Of a stretch of 64,000 bases of DNA, positions 63,542 to 64,000 are shown one piece after another (within the stretch, counting starts at the first letter, position 1; each line of letters opens with the position of its first letter). This DNA is from an uncultured Gemmatimonadales bacterium (lineage in GTDB: Bacteria; Gemmatimonadota; Gemmatimonadetes; Gemmatimonadales; GWC2-71-9), in assembly GCA_963739455.1 (NCBI GenBank), contig CAVUAK010000001.1, positions 544,001-608,000 on the forward strand, in the 5' to 3' direction. The translations under genes were made by a program, and so were the position numbers. Below the pieces are notes generated by a model. The model searched no databases. It worked only from the letters and a program-made list of their open reading frames with translations, and was not told where the DNA came from.

Positions 63542-64000
63542 GTAACGGCACCATTCTCGTCGTGGACGACGAGCGCACCCTCGCGCGCGCCATCCGGGGA
63601 TACCTGGTGGAAGCAGGCTACGAAGTTGAAGTGGCTGGAGACGCCGAGCAGGCACTGGAGATGCTCGACAAGCTGCGACCGGACGTGGTCTTTACGGACG
63701 TGCGGCTGCCGGGCATGAGCGGCATCGACCTGCTCCGGAAGATTCGCGAGTTCGATGCGGCGATCTCGGTCTGTGTCATGACCGCCTTCGGCACCATCGA
63801 GGGCGCGGTCGAGGCGGTGAAGCTCGGCGCATTCGACTACATCAAGAAGCCGGTCGATCTCGAGGAGATGAAGCTCCTCGCCGATCGCGCGCGCGAAACT
63901 TCACAGCTTCGGCAGGAGCTGTCGTACTACCGGAAGAAGGCGGCGAACGATGTCGTGCTGACCGGCATCGTCGGCAACTCGCCCGCCATGAAGGCAGTGA
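63538..64000 (+). CDS. NtrC-family sigma54 response regulator (partial)
   Basis: MSNGTILVVDDE...TDVRLPGMSG...MTAFG...GAFDYIKKP...IVGNSPAM; ATGA overlap with the kinase; runs off the window. Confidence 0.9.
   Translation, partial: MSNGTILVVDDERTLARAIRGYLVEAGYEVEVAGDAEQALEMLDKLRPDVVFTDVRLPGMSGIDLLRKIREFDAAISVCVMTAFGTIEGAVEAVKLGAFDYIKKPVDLEEMKLLADRARETSQLRQELSYYRKKAANDVVLTGIVGNSPAMKAV

Overview
GC-rich, gene-dense bacterial chromosomal DNA. Gene content and style suggest Gemmatimonadota (FCB group); this is an inference. I found no rRNA, tRNA, CRISPR array, transposase or prophage. The window holds: secreted lipoproteins (a leishmanolysin-like M8 protease and a repeat protein); an operon-like run sprA-like, M28 glutaminyl-cyclase-like lipoprotein, comEA, pilB, pilT, pilC, divergent from lptFG; an Oar-type TonB-dependent receptor; cyoE; a four-gene unit of TonB-dependent receptor, 1.3k-aa secreted protein with a T9SS-like C-terminal domain, PorV-like barrel and GWxTD protein; an ACP-less KS/cyclase/methyltransferase/flavoenzyme cluster; ccmABCD; acs, kup and dsbA; an M16 peptidase; a TetR-TolC-EmrAB efflux operon; and an NtrB/NtrC-type pair cut by the window end. 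Many genes between about 9.7 and 40.7 kb carry single-base frameshifts that look like long-read indel errors, so I reconstructed them by joining ORF fragments. The most interesting signal is a T9SS-like module apparently outside Bacteroidota: SprA, a PorV-like protein and CTD cargo linked to a TonB-dependent transporter. Alongside it, most secreted proteins start with Gln after the signal peptide, and a glutaminyl-cyclase-like gene is coupled to sprA.
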